Shown here one piece after another: positions 1-11,718 of a stretch of 64,000 nucleotides of DNA. Made by a program: the position numbers and the translations under genes. Under the pieces are notes generated by a model, which was not told where the DNA came from, searched no databases, and worked only from the letters and a program-made list of their open reading frames with translations. The number at the start of each line of letters is the position of its first letter. The stretch's first letter is position 1. Source of the DNA: Phoronis australis (lineage: Eukaryota > Animalia > Phoronida); contig NMRA01000480.1 of NCBI GenBank assembly GCA_002633005.1, forward strand, positions 62,001 through 126,000. Direction: 5' to 3'.

Positions 1-2996
1 CAAAATTCCTTGTTAAAACACGACAGGTAGTCCAGTTTCTGGTGGCTGTGGGGAAAAGGATAGTGTGTCCCAAAAGGTACACACTTCCTGAACGCCTGGA
101 GTTCAAATTCAGTTCAGGTGGATCACTGAGATCTGCACCGGCCTACTGGATGGCTACATTTTATTTTTAATGTGGGTACGCCAGTCATGACGTGCACGCG
201 AATCAGGACAAGCAAGCAATCAATTCAGTTTTGAAGAATAAAAATTCATTGGTCATTACCAATTGAAACTAAAAACACCAAGGAAGTGCAAAGACAACCT
301 TTCCAAGCAACGAGTTTAATTTTATGTATTTAAGGAAAAAATGTTTTTTCTATCTACGGTTTGTGTCGATGTCTTTGGGAGTTATTTTAGATCAGTATGT
401 AAAAATCGTCTTTGGAGATCGGATTATAGAGGTTTTCCAACTTCAGGCTGCAATTAAATTCACTGAAACATCCTCAATTCTTACAAGATTGGCTTCTTAG
501 TGTCAAAAATCATCTGTGAATCTATCGATTTTCATAGATACATAAACAAGTAAATCAGAAACCAACGAATGTGTTTATCAAAACGGAATGATATAAGCAA
601 TTTCCGGGGGATTATGGGAGATGGTGCATTCGTATTAAGGTGTGTTTTTGCTGATGTCAGAGGTACCTATAACGTTTCACGAGGTAAACCTGAACTCCAC
701 TGACAAAAGGCGCTGAAATCTTTGTTTATGATTGCGAGAGTTCTTTGAGTACCCCCTTTCGACATGTACACGGTCATCACAAATAGTAGCCTAGACAGCA
801 GTGTTTTCCACATGTGGGATTCCTTACAAACAACTCATAGTAATCATCTTCAAAAGAGATACTATTCTTGTGATAGGCTATTACGGGAAACAGTAACATT
901 ATATTATTTTATAACTAACCATGCTTTTGTGTAATTCACAAATAGTAGTCTTCAAGTTCTTCATAATTCCAGCCTTTCGATGGCGGTAATCCTACTGTAT
1001 TTTTTCACATTTTTGGTTGTTTGGGTCGAATGGCTGTGCTGTGCACGAGTGTTTTGTGTTTTTTGATGAATTTGGAATCTCAGCTTCCATCGTGAATACT
1101 TGGAAGTGTCGCATTTACAAGTATAGAGGGACAAAGGGACATTTAGTCCCCCAACTACTCCACCGAGAGAGGGTGCCGTCTGAAATGGGACACCTTATGA
1201 TGAAAGGCTAAACAGCATTAAGCTTGAAAAGAAGAGTAACAGTGCATTCCACCGTCGTGTAGTCCCAAAACGGTGCAGGAAGTGACCTCCTTCAACACAT
1301 GAAAGCCGGTTGCCCGATTTCACAAAAAAAACAGGAAAATAGAGGTAAATTCCAACATTGGGCCCTCTCTCCGTGAGCGGCCTCTTAAGAATTTGTCAAT
1401 AAAAACACAAAAAGGGTGGCCACTTGAATGTCATCAATGGCTTCCTTAAAGGGCGGGGCCCCTAAAAATGAAAATATCTACATTTTCAACTATCAGGAAA
1501 CGGACAGCAATTGATGTTATCTGTCTAGTCATCATTTTTTCTCAAGTAATATACAAATTCGAGAAAAAACAAAGCGAAAGTTGTCCCCGTTATCCCTTGC
1601 CAGAGAGGGGTATCTGGAAAAATAGAGTTTTGCATCCCCAAAATTGAATTTAAAAATCCAGTAAATTAGTCCGCTCCGCAAAAGCTTCGCTTTACAAATT
1701 TTCTCAACTTTTCGAAATATATGTATGAATGATTTCGTGCACGTTTCACGTGTGTTTAGATGACCTGTGCTGCAAAAGCAGAGACCCTAACGACGATGTC
1801 CTGGCCAGGGTCCTCAAAAAGTAAACCATGATCTGATGCAGAGTTGTTAAATGGTTCTCTTGAATTTTCTCTCTTATCCGTATTTCCCAGTCTTTCTTTT
1901 CTCGACTGTCCCCGGCCCCATGCCTATGTCAGTTGCCACGGTTTAACCTGACGCCTGAAAATTTTTTTGGGGTGCGGCCCTGAATATGCTGTGTAAACTG
2001 AAGTCACCCATCCCTTTATTGTACAATAGCAATGTTGTTTATAAGGTTGAATATGACAACCGGTAAGGATTCTATATCGGACTCGCACACAGAGACGCCT
2101 CTGTGACAGGCTGAAAGAACATCACACTTCAGAGAAAAGCATTCGGTTAGCAAAAATCCCCAAGCCAAATCAGTCTTATCTGCAGAGACCCTTATAAGGA
2201 ATAAAGAGTCATTGGCCATTCAGAACCAGCATGCTACTGATTCTCTGTGACCCGCTGTGCAACTATGGTGATGACCCGACCAGCTACTGACTGTAGGAAG
2301 CACAGACGCCCAGCAAAACCCACATCACTTGATTTGTCACCTTTTCTTCACACTGTCAAAAACAGGATGCAAAGGATGACATGTTTTCAGTTATTTCACA
2401 TAAAAAGCCTTGCAGATGAGCGCAGAAACTTTATTCTCTCTTGTATTTTTGACCCTTTCAATCCCACTGAAAACAAAGCTAGACTAAGAAAAATATATAG
2501 GGGCAAAAAAGTGCAAAATCGGCACTTTTCACCCCCAAAACACCCGGCACTTCCTGCCGATGCACGACTAAAACCAACAATAGATTCTGAAAGCAAATTT
2601 CCTACAGATTCCGAAAATGTGGTCCAAAAGTACTGTCAACCGACTAGTTTTTTGGAAATTCTGGCTTGTTTGAGGGCTACCTAAAATCGCAGCCAATTTC
2701 TCAGTCGCTACCCAGCAATGCACAATTGCAACCGGGAGCCGCCATCTTGAAGAAGAGTGCAGCTACAGCCGAGAAAGTGGCCTTTTTTATTCTCAGCATG
2801 TTCACAAATACAAACAAACCACGTTCACTGAGCCTACATGCAATGCCCACCTACATATTGCCACCAAACTTGGCCTAGTACCCCAAAATTTTAACTATTC
2901 AGTTCCACCATAGGCCTATTCTCTGCATCTCAGTCTCACTTCACTTTATGAATGTTACCTGAGCTGTATTTTGGCACTTGCTGTTCTTCGTAAATA

Positions 2997-3039
2997 TGAT
3001 CCTGATGATGTCTAATGAATAGACCCGAAACGTTGATTG
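2997..3039 (+). ncRNA. Minimal type I hammerhead-ribozyme-like motif (Penelope-like element terminus)
   Basis: TGATC CTGATGA T GTCTA atgaa TAGAC cc GAAA CG TT GATTG. Core boxes are intact, stem II is GTCTA/TAGAC, and stem I is weak with wobble pairs. Confidence 0.5.
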
Positions 3040-4249
3040 AACATGAGCTTTTTATTTGGCGGCGGTCGTCCGGTTTTTAATCTTATTTTGGCCAAAAACT
3101 GATTTCATTCAGTCACAGAAAATAAGGACGAAACTTGTTCAGTTGGTTTGCCAATTGGTGGACAATTGAGTATAATAGATGACCGGCTGTGTGGGTCAAC
3201 AAAACAAAGTTGACCTGGGAGAGGCCAGAATTGAGCGCCGTTACCGACACACAACAATAAGTAGCTGGATAGACCATTTTTCCTAGAGTAATGCTTAAAA
3301 CTGATGTTTGCACTATTGTGAATACTTGATTGTATAACAAAAATATCCACTCCCGTAAAGCCATTCAATTTTTCAACAAAGCCATGTTTGTTTTTCATTC
3401 ACCAGAGTACTACGAGAACATTGACATTTTACAATACGCGACATTTTCTTCCAGTCTGACGTCAAGCTAGAGCACAACACCGTGTATCGTAAAACCTGAC
3501 TCGAGTCTCAAATTATGACCAAACTTTTGTTTTTTTTGCACTCTGGCCTGAGAAAATGTAGCAATTCGAATATGAAATTCGAAACTCATGATAGATTGTC
3601 TTATTCTATTGTTTGGTTAAATATTTTAATGGAACGGTTTTAGCAACCACATACTCACACAGAGTGCTTACATCAGTGCGCCGGATAGCACTACCCGGCC
3701 GGTCTAACGCAAAATATAACCCTGTAGTATAGTAAGAAGATGGGTTATGCGTGTGAAACACCTACACAGGGATGAGGAAGACGTGAACAAAATGAGGATA
3801 CGAAATAATCTGGAATATAAACATTGAATGGATAAATGATAAAATTTGTAAATAAAATTTCAGTGAGCTACTTCTCTCATTAACATTAAAAAGATGAATT
3901 TGGCGTTTAAAACTATCTATCATGATGACTTATTCAAAAAAACACGAGGAATACGACTGGCATTTCATCACAGGAAAGGGCGTTTTAGAGGTTCTGAAAA
4001 TACAATATTTCGCCCAAGGTCATCGTTTTGTGTAAGACTTCAATGGAATTTTCCGATCTCGTCAGTAACGAGAACACGAACAGAAATGATTCCGCAGGCA
4101 TATAATAATGCACAATCGATTGCCGGTTCGGCAAAACGGCCATAAATTGGAGAAAGCGGCAAATCGTTTTACAGCGAACAAGCGGTCTTATCTCGGTTCT
4201 TGAGTCGTGTTTGTTAGGCCTATTTGCCGAGTATTGGTTTTGTAAGCTG

Positions 4250-4315
4250 TTGAGGTATATTTATAATTCTAATTCTAGACGTGACGTCAATTTTATTTAG
4301 GCCTAGTTCATTCAG
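4250..4315 (+). promoter_or_regulatory. Candidate promoter: TATA-like tract, palindromic CRE and Inr-like motif
   Basis: tatatttataa at about 4256-4266, TGACGTCA at 4282-4289 and TCATTC at 4308-4313, just upstream of the candidate first exon. The upstream sequence is locally CpG-richer. Confidence 0.3.
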
Positions 4316-4352
4316 ATACCAGCCATTAGGTATACTAAGCGTGTCTGCTCAC

Positions 4353-4408
4353 ATGGAATCGACAACAAAGGCCAAAGGAACGGCAGTGCCCGGATATGTG
4401 AAATACAC
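4353..4408 (+). CDS. Candidate first coding exon of the SLC6 gene (MESTTKAKGTAVPGYVKYT)
   Basis: ATG at 4353, 56 nt open, ending AC|GTAAGT (phase 2). Spliced to 32390 it gives ACA GAA GTC ATG, in frame with the SLC6 ORF. No homology or transcript support is available. Confidence 0.45.
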
Positions 4409-4667
4409 GTAAGTAACAGACTTCAATATTGTATTCAGGTCGTTGTTTGGTTGTTTGTTGCATTTTATCATTTACTTTCATTCCACTAACAAAATACTTG
4501 TTTACAGACGGGTTACGTGTCTAACTAACGAGAATTATGGTTCACTGGTGTCAACTTGACTCGTTCAACTATAAGTCTTAGTAGTTTAATTTACATGCAG
4601 TTATAAGCACGTACAATTGGCTAGCCCTGGAATGCCAACTCCCGGTAGAGTAACAGTAGGACCTACG

Positions 4668-4855
4668 CCAGGACCTCGCTGAAATCTAGCCAAAATCGCG
4701 TGTTCTCATTTAGAATACAGGCCAATATCTCACGTAACCTCGAGGAATCTTGCTTGTTAACGTGGTCCTAGCGTTATTGAACTCCATCCGTGTCCCCAAG
4801 CCTCAATCAAGATAGCGCTGATTGGTTTTAACCATTTGAGGCTTGGTTATAGGAA
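4668..4855 (-). repeat. Dispersed repeat, inverted relative to 5950-6222 and 6428-6695
   Basis: ggacctcgctgaaatctagcc...ccaagcctcaa...gctgattgg...ttgaggcttgg is the reverse complement of segments at 5950-6222. Related fragments occur near 48985-49040 and 58385-58410. Confidence 0.7.
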
Positions 4856-5110
4856 AGACCTTCTGCGCAATGTTTGGCCGCTGCCTTGACATCACTAAAA
4901 CAAAAGCAGATTTTAATTATTTTCACAGGCCTTGTTGCTGCCATTCTTGAAGCAGAAGGCATTGTTTTGGTTATAGTATCATTATGAAATAAAGGCTGTT
5001 GGCATACTTACTTTCAATTGTTTTTTACTAATAGTATCATAGAAATTAATCTTTTATCGAATCAAAATACATCATTTTTGCAATAATTTAGACCTAAATA
5101 GCTTCATTAT

Positions 5111-5232
5111 ATACACAAAACCTACTTCCATTGGCATAGATGAAGAAATATCCCTCAAGACATTAGACAATAAGCCTAATGTCGAGTGGGATATTACTTC
5201 ATCTACGCCAGTTGAGGTACGTTTTGTATTTA
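5111..5232. repeat. About 120-bp imperfect foldback hairpin (MITE-like)
   Basis: Left arm caaaacctacttccattggcatagatgaagaaatatccc...gacattag pairs with right arm ctaatgtc...gggatattacttcatctacgccagttgaggtacgttttg around a short loop. Confidence 0.8.
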
Positions 5233-5955
5233 TCCCATACGCTTTGAAGTCCTAAATTTCTTTCATTTTTTGACAGATTTTTAAATACTTCACCCAGACT
5301 GTTTAGGTGGCAGATCACATCCTATATGTATATTCTTTTGCGTTGGGTTACAAGTTTTCTCTTGTAAATGAAACAGTTTTAATTGTAACGATTTTTTACT
5401 TGAAAAGAGATAACAAAAATGAAAACAACATTAATTGTGCATTGAACTTGTAACATTTCCTGAAAATAGTCGAATATCAACAATATGTAGTTACCGAGGA
5501 ATTGGCGCCTGAGTTGTGGACAATAAAGTATTTAGCAATTAAAAATGGAGTCCAAAGTGTCATATAATTAGCAGGTTTGTACCCGATGTTATGCATTGAG
5601 TCTGGGACCTGATTGTATGTCGAGTGTAATTTATACTGCTGTAAGTGAATTACTTTAAACTATATTCGGAAAGTTTGATGATCCAAATGGCTAACGATGT
5701 CAAGTTGACATTGACCTACCTTTTTAACTTTCCCTGTCGGGGGGGAGGCACTTTTGAAGTAGTGTGGTAGGTGAATACGGAAAACAATATCACAGGGCTG
5801 TTTTGCACTTGACTGATTCAACGCGTATGGGATAAACTGTTAATTTTCATTTGTATGTCATACTGCAGAAAATTTCAAAGTTGATATAGCTTTATATCGT
5901 GATATTTTGGCGATTTCCGTAAAAATGTGTCAGAATTCTGACACATTTCATTTCT

Positions 5956-6898
5956 CATACCAAACCTCAACTGGCTATACCAATCAGCACCACTTTGAGG
6001 CTTGGAGACGAGGTTGTACTGAACTCTACGAATTTGCTTTCTGCATTGCTAGGGCATGGTCAGCGGAGCACTAAAAAGTGGGGGCCTATAGCCTGCCCCA
6101 TCAGCCCCCTATGATGTGCCTTCCATGTAGGAACTCGCTAACAAGCAAGACTTTACGAGATTACCTGAGATATTGTTTTTAAATTCTCACACATGATATT
6201 GGCTAGATTTCAGCGAGGTCCTAGCTTTACTGAACTCTTGTGCTGGCTGAGGTTTCGCTGGGCATGTGTGGCATTTGCAGTCGCTTGTTCTGGTGTTGGA
6301 TATTCCTATGATTTACTGTCACTAAAACTTTTTGCAACTCCACCGTTTGTCAACCGAATTGCATAAGAGTCATATCATTAGAAAGCCCTTCGTCAGTTCT
6401 TGATGGCGTATGATTATAGTTGAAGCNCATACCAAACCTCAACTGGCTATACCAATCAGCACCACTTTGAGGCTTGGAGACGAGGTTGTACTGAACTCTA
6501 CGAATTTGCGTTCTGCATTGCTAGGGCATGGTCAGCGGAGCACTAAAAAGTGGGGGCCTATAGCCTGCCCCATCAGCCCCCTATGATGTGCCGCCCATGT
6601 AGGAACTCGCCAACAAGCAAGACTTCACGAGATTACCTGAGATATTGTTTTTAAATTCTCACACATGATATTGGCTAGATTTCAGCGAGGTCCTAGCTTT
6701 ACTGAACTCTTGTGCTGGCTGAGGTTTCGCTGGGCATGTGTGGCATTTGCAGTCGCTTGTTCTGGTGTTGGATATTCCTATGATTTACTGTCACTAAAAC
6801 TTTTTGCAACTCCACCGTTTGTCAACCGAATTGCATAAGAGTCATATCATTAGAAAGCCCTTCGTCAGTTCTTGATGGCGTATGATTATAGTTGAAGC
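5956..6898. repeat. 471-bp direct duplication joined by a single N (probable assembly/haplotype artefact)
   Basis: 5956-6426 and 6428-6898 are near-identical, with about 5 substitutions seen and an N at 6427. Confidence 0.9.
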
Positions 6899-7367
6899 AA
6901 ACTTTCATGTTTAAAAATAAAAAATAATTTACCAAAATGAAAGCAATAACATAAGAAGGGAAGTGAAGCTGAGCAGGAAAATAATTTCAATGATTCAAAA
7001 GATTTCTACCGTATCAAGACAAACGGTTTTAGAATGTGGATCCATCATAGTTGCTGTGAGGAATTTAGTCAGGCATTTATCCAAAATTATAGTTCATTTT
7101 GATATATTAATTGGACTGTTTGATACAATTTTTCAGTAAAAATTTGGATGCAGTGACTATTACAAAAACGTGATATACTAATCACTCCAGTTACCTATCA
7201 GAAATTTGCTGATAAAGGCTTTCGTATATAGATAAAAATGAGCAATCATTTATTATGTAGGTTTGAAATGTACTGCTTGGATAGATTATAAATACAAAGG
7301 TTTCAGTTCAGGACTTCCCATTGTAGTTTGTAAATAAACTCTTCAGAAAGTAAAAATAGTGACCCTG

Positions 7368-7516
7368 ATACAAGTGGTGTATAATACCATAAACTAGAGG
7401 TTATGGAAGACATTTGTACAAGTGGTGTATAATACCATAAACTAGAGGTTATGGAAGACATTTGTACAAGTGGTGTGTAATACCGTAAACTAGAGGTTAT
7501 GGAACACATTTGTACA
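7368..7516. repeat. 48-bp minisatellite, about 3 copies
   Basis: Unit tacaagtggtgtataataccataaactagaggttatggaagacatttg. Confidence 0.9.
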
Positions 7517-8059
7517 ATTGTTATGGTACTAAAGGATTGGACTCTGGAAAATAACAATATTCATGACTGAAAGAGACATAGTTGTTAACTTTTGAGATGA
7601 AAAACAAGACAACTGGATTGAAAATCAGGACTTCCAGATACAAAGTCTGGCATCTGGGTTCCCGCAACACACAAAAATGCCCGACAGCATTTTTGTAGAA
7701 CAGGAGATGTTAGTCTGAAAGGCGCCCTATGGTGTTTTTTGTTTTGATTAAATCGAATAGGCAGTTGTGGTAGCCTCAGAAACCCATGGAACATTCCGTT
7801 TTATTCTTTGTAGTAGAACGAGAAAGTAGTGGTGTGTCATGTTGAGAATTATTGGCGTATATGATATGTCAGTGTTGCTGTGTGTCAAAAAGCGGGAAAT
7901 TTTGATGGTATGGCGGAATGGCGGGAAAATTTTTAATAAGTGCGATAGTTCGTCTAAATTGAGACAAATGGCAAGTACAATGTACGCTGTGAGCAACACA
8001 AGGTATTGGATTTTTATTTTTTACTTGATTAACTTTCCATTTTTTGAATTTTAGTTTAT

Positions 8060-8342
8060 GGGTGCAGGTAAACACTATTCAGAGGATCGTTATGAACATT
8101 GGCAGATTTGTTCCTGATGAGAAGACCGCCACTGATGTTGATTTTTGGACAGGTTATACTGCTGTGGCACCCCCTTGTGGCAAATAGTTTTGTAATAGAG
8201 AGGCGAGCCCTTCCCAATTTCAGATGGGTTTGATGTATTCTGTGCCATGTAAGGGTCATTTTTAGGCTGGTAAAAAACCTCTTGAAGCACACTGTCCGTA
8301 CTGCTGTAGTGGGTGCATTTCAACGCTCTGCATTGCTCTTGT
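8060..8342 (+). mobile_element. Helentron/HINE-like non-autonomous element, family B, 3' part
   Basis: Ends gtgggtgcatttcaacgctctgcattgctcttgt, the same terminus as at about 36608, 43206 and 43285. Shares the ccccct(a/t)gtggc core motif. Confidence 0.55.
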
Positions 8343-11300
8343 AAAGTTTCAACACTACCCACTTCCATTACTCTGTGGCCAGTCTCCACTGTAATCTGGA
8401 GAGCGAAACTTGAGGTATGAAAGGTGGCTTAAGAAAAAACTGTTACATAAATAAGGTCATTTCCTTGCATTTTATTTAGCACACTGCTTGCATGTCTTTC
8501 TTGTTCAAAGGATGGCACATAGGGGAATATAAACAAAAATTAGGAGGTGTGTTCTATTCAGGATGTGTGTAGTGTCACTAGACTGCAAAAATCAAGATCT
8601 GTAAATCTTTTTAGTAAGATAATCTGTGTAGAATTGCATGTTAGACAGATAATCCACAGGACTCGATGTATCTTGAAGCTCTCAAAAGAGAAGTGTACTA
8701 CTTTAATGCAGTTGAGAAACCATTTAAAATTATGGGAAGATTCAAGATAATGAAGTTGCATTCGAAAGGACATGAAGAAATATATCCTAGAGTACATATC
8801 TACGTTTCATTACATTGCACAGTACTGCAATTCAGGAGTCTACAAAAACAAGACCATATCCTCAACAAATTCACAACTCATTACCACCAGTGCTCAACAC
8901 TGGCGAAAATCTCCGTTCCAAAATAGGAGTGACGGCGTATGTGCACCAAAAAAAAACGTCGAAACTCTGTGTTTGAATTTGGCATTCTTATTTTGTGCAT
9001 TTCTATATGTTTTTCCTAGCGCTTTACTCGTAAATTTCACGTCGTTTGGCTACGAGTGTCGCCAGTGTTCGCCGGGGACATTGTAGTTGTTAACTTCTTC
9101 TGCAGTGCATTTTAAGTAGACGTTTTGTTGAATTGAAACTTACCAGGTCGAAAGTCAATCACAGTCTTTCATAGTACGCTACAAGAAATTTATTCTTAAA
9201 AAGAACCATTTTCTCGCAGTTTAAGGGTCAAATCCCCTGGCCTGGTTCACGGCTGAAGTAACAGATGATGTGCACGTGACTGGCTGACCTACTTTTTTCC
9301 ATATACGGCACGCAGTGCCACACACAGAGGATAAACTAGAATCGCCCAATAATCATGGAATTCCACAAAAAGTTGAACTATGCTAAGTTAGTCATTGAAT
9401 ACGTAACCAACGTTATAGACCACATTTTTTTCTTGTAAAGTTTGCACTGCATTCTCGCGCATCAATATAAGACGTTCGGCCGTGCGGATTTTTTGATACT
9501 TTTTCATTCGTTCGAGTTGCAAAGGAGCTATGCGATCAAATTAAGGAAGTTTGCGCTAAATTGTATTTGATTTGCATGTTCAACAACATTGATGGCATTT
9601 GTGCGGCAGGTCAGTGCTAGAATTTTGGCAGGTATCATTTTTTTTCGAAGTGTACGTTCTCAGCTATTTCAAATTGGCTGCTCCGTCGAATACATTGAGT
9701 GCCGCTTCAACTTCCGCGTCGGCAACTAGCATTAGGGGTACGGCAAATCCTTTGAACTTCGGGTGTGGGTTCTTCAATTTCAAAGATTAAGTGTTCATGT
9801 ACGGGTAACTTAGCGCTGGATGCAATATTTCTCAACACTTGTCGTGCGGGGGATTCCTTATGAAGTCACCTTGACGTCACAGAACAGGAAGGTATTTCCC
9901 AAAGGTGGCTGCCAGTATTTCCCAATCGTCATTGTGACATTTATAGTAAAAATAGACGGCAAGTTTCTAATGTTGAGTTATTTCTTAATATTTAGCGAAC
10001 TTAAACAATGAGTTGTAGGTTTCAATTAAATTTGTTAATAATAAATGTTAAAATTCTTCGTTTAGCCTTCATTTTCGCAGAGGTTGTCTTGGAACAGGCC
10101 GTCTTTTTTCGGTCTTGGCTGTGCCGTCCAAAGCCGTCATTTTTTAAAAGGGCCGTCCCAAGGACGGCCAGGACGGCTGCTAGATGAGTCCCTGCTGCAC
10201 AGGCAGGATAGAAAACTTGCAGTTTTACGGAGTGGCTGTTCCTTGGTTTCAAGATTTGGTTAAGTAATGAGTCGGATTGCTCGATTTTTTTTCAAGTTTT
10301 TAAGACTTGTAAAAATAAAATGCATGTATTGTTCTCTGTCTTGTCATTTAAAACATTCACAAGATAATTCAGACATATTATGAGTCGTTAACGCCAGAAA
10401 CGTCTTCAGCTGATTTTCCCGTGTTTACACTTACAGTCGCATCAGCTTATTTTTTTGCTGCAAGTAGTATTAGTGTTTGTTTCAATTCAGTACCGTACAA
10501 ATCAGTTCATAATCATAAGCCCAAGTATTAAGTACTAGTCCACAAGAGCACCAGCCATTCAGTGGCACGGTGGGGGTCAAGCAATTTTCACCAAATTTGG
10601 CACATAGGTAGTCCTATGGGATCTATGAACAGTGGTAAAATATTTCCTCAAAATATTACGTTTTACAAGTTATAGACTCAAACACATTTTACGGGGCGCA
10701 GCCCTGTTTTCACGGTATAAAAACTGTCCAGTTTTAACTGTTTATATTTTTCCTTGAATGAAAGCTATTGAACTATTATTCACTTGGCATTGTTTAGTGG
10801 TGCCTATAAATTGTTACACAGATGTCTTGAAAAAAAGATTCTGACTTACCACCCTCATTTAGTAGTTTTACTACACTGCCCCCCGTTATGCCATTTTGAG
10901 GTTATGTTCAGTACCCTGCTGTACCAAATCTGCACTCACTGCTATGAGAATGAAACTTGGCCAAAATGTTGACATAACATGTTACTTTCATTGCATAAAA
11001 TAAAAAACTTTGTCCGCCAGTTTATTAGTTATACATTTTGGCACCTCAAATGTACTCAAATGAGAAATTTTCAAATATCTGAGATCGATGCGTGAGCACG
11101 GAAAATCAGATTGTCCTTCATGTTTTTAGATGTTTTGCTACGAGTTTGTTCCTCTAGGGGTATAGTACTACTAGATATACATGGCTCCATTTGAAGCCGG
11201 TTATATCCTGCACGGTGAACAGGGTTAGACATGAACTCAACAAATGTAGGTTATTTTGATTTACAGTTTTTATGCTTTGCAATTTCCTCATGGGTATTTC

Positions 11301-11480
11301 TTCAAACATATTCAAGTCAGATTTTCTGTTGATCAAATGTTCATGCAATGCATTGTAATATCAAATGAATGATAAGTTTAGTGGCATGTCCACGGTTTTT
11401 CCCACGATTTAAAACAAAAGACGGCATAAATTTCCTGACGGAATACCGGGTTTGCTGTTCTCTGAAAACATTCGAATGAC

Positions 11481-11718
11481 CATGCGCGCACCTAGGGAAG
11501 GGGGGGGGGTTGAGCCCCCCATTTGGCGAAATGGGCAAAAAGGTCCGCCTCTGAGAAACAAAAAATCTGAAAAAATGAGACAAAAGTCCACTAAACGAGC
11601 ACAAACGCGCAATTCACAGTGGTGTCACCTTTTTTTTAGTCCGCTGGATTGTTGTTACCAAAAGGTCCACAACGTCAGGAATTCGAGCCCCTCATATTGA
11701 AGGCTGGGTGCACGCATG
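11481..11718. mobile_element. hAT-type MITE, 238 bp, with perfect 8-bp TSD
   Basis: TIRs CATGCGCGCACCTAG / CTGGGTGCACGCATG. CGAATGAC is present on both sides (11473-11480 and 11719-11726). Confidence 0.9.
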
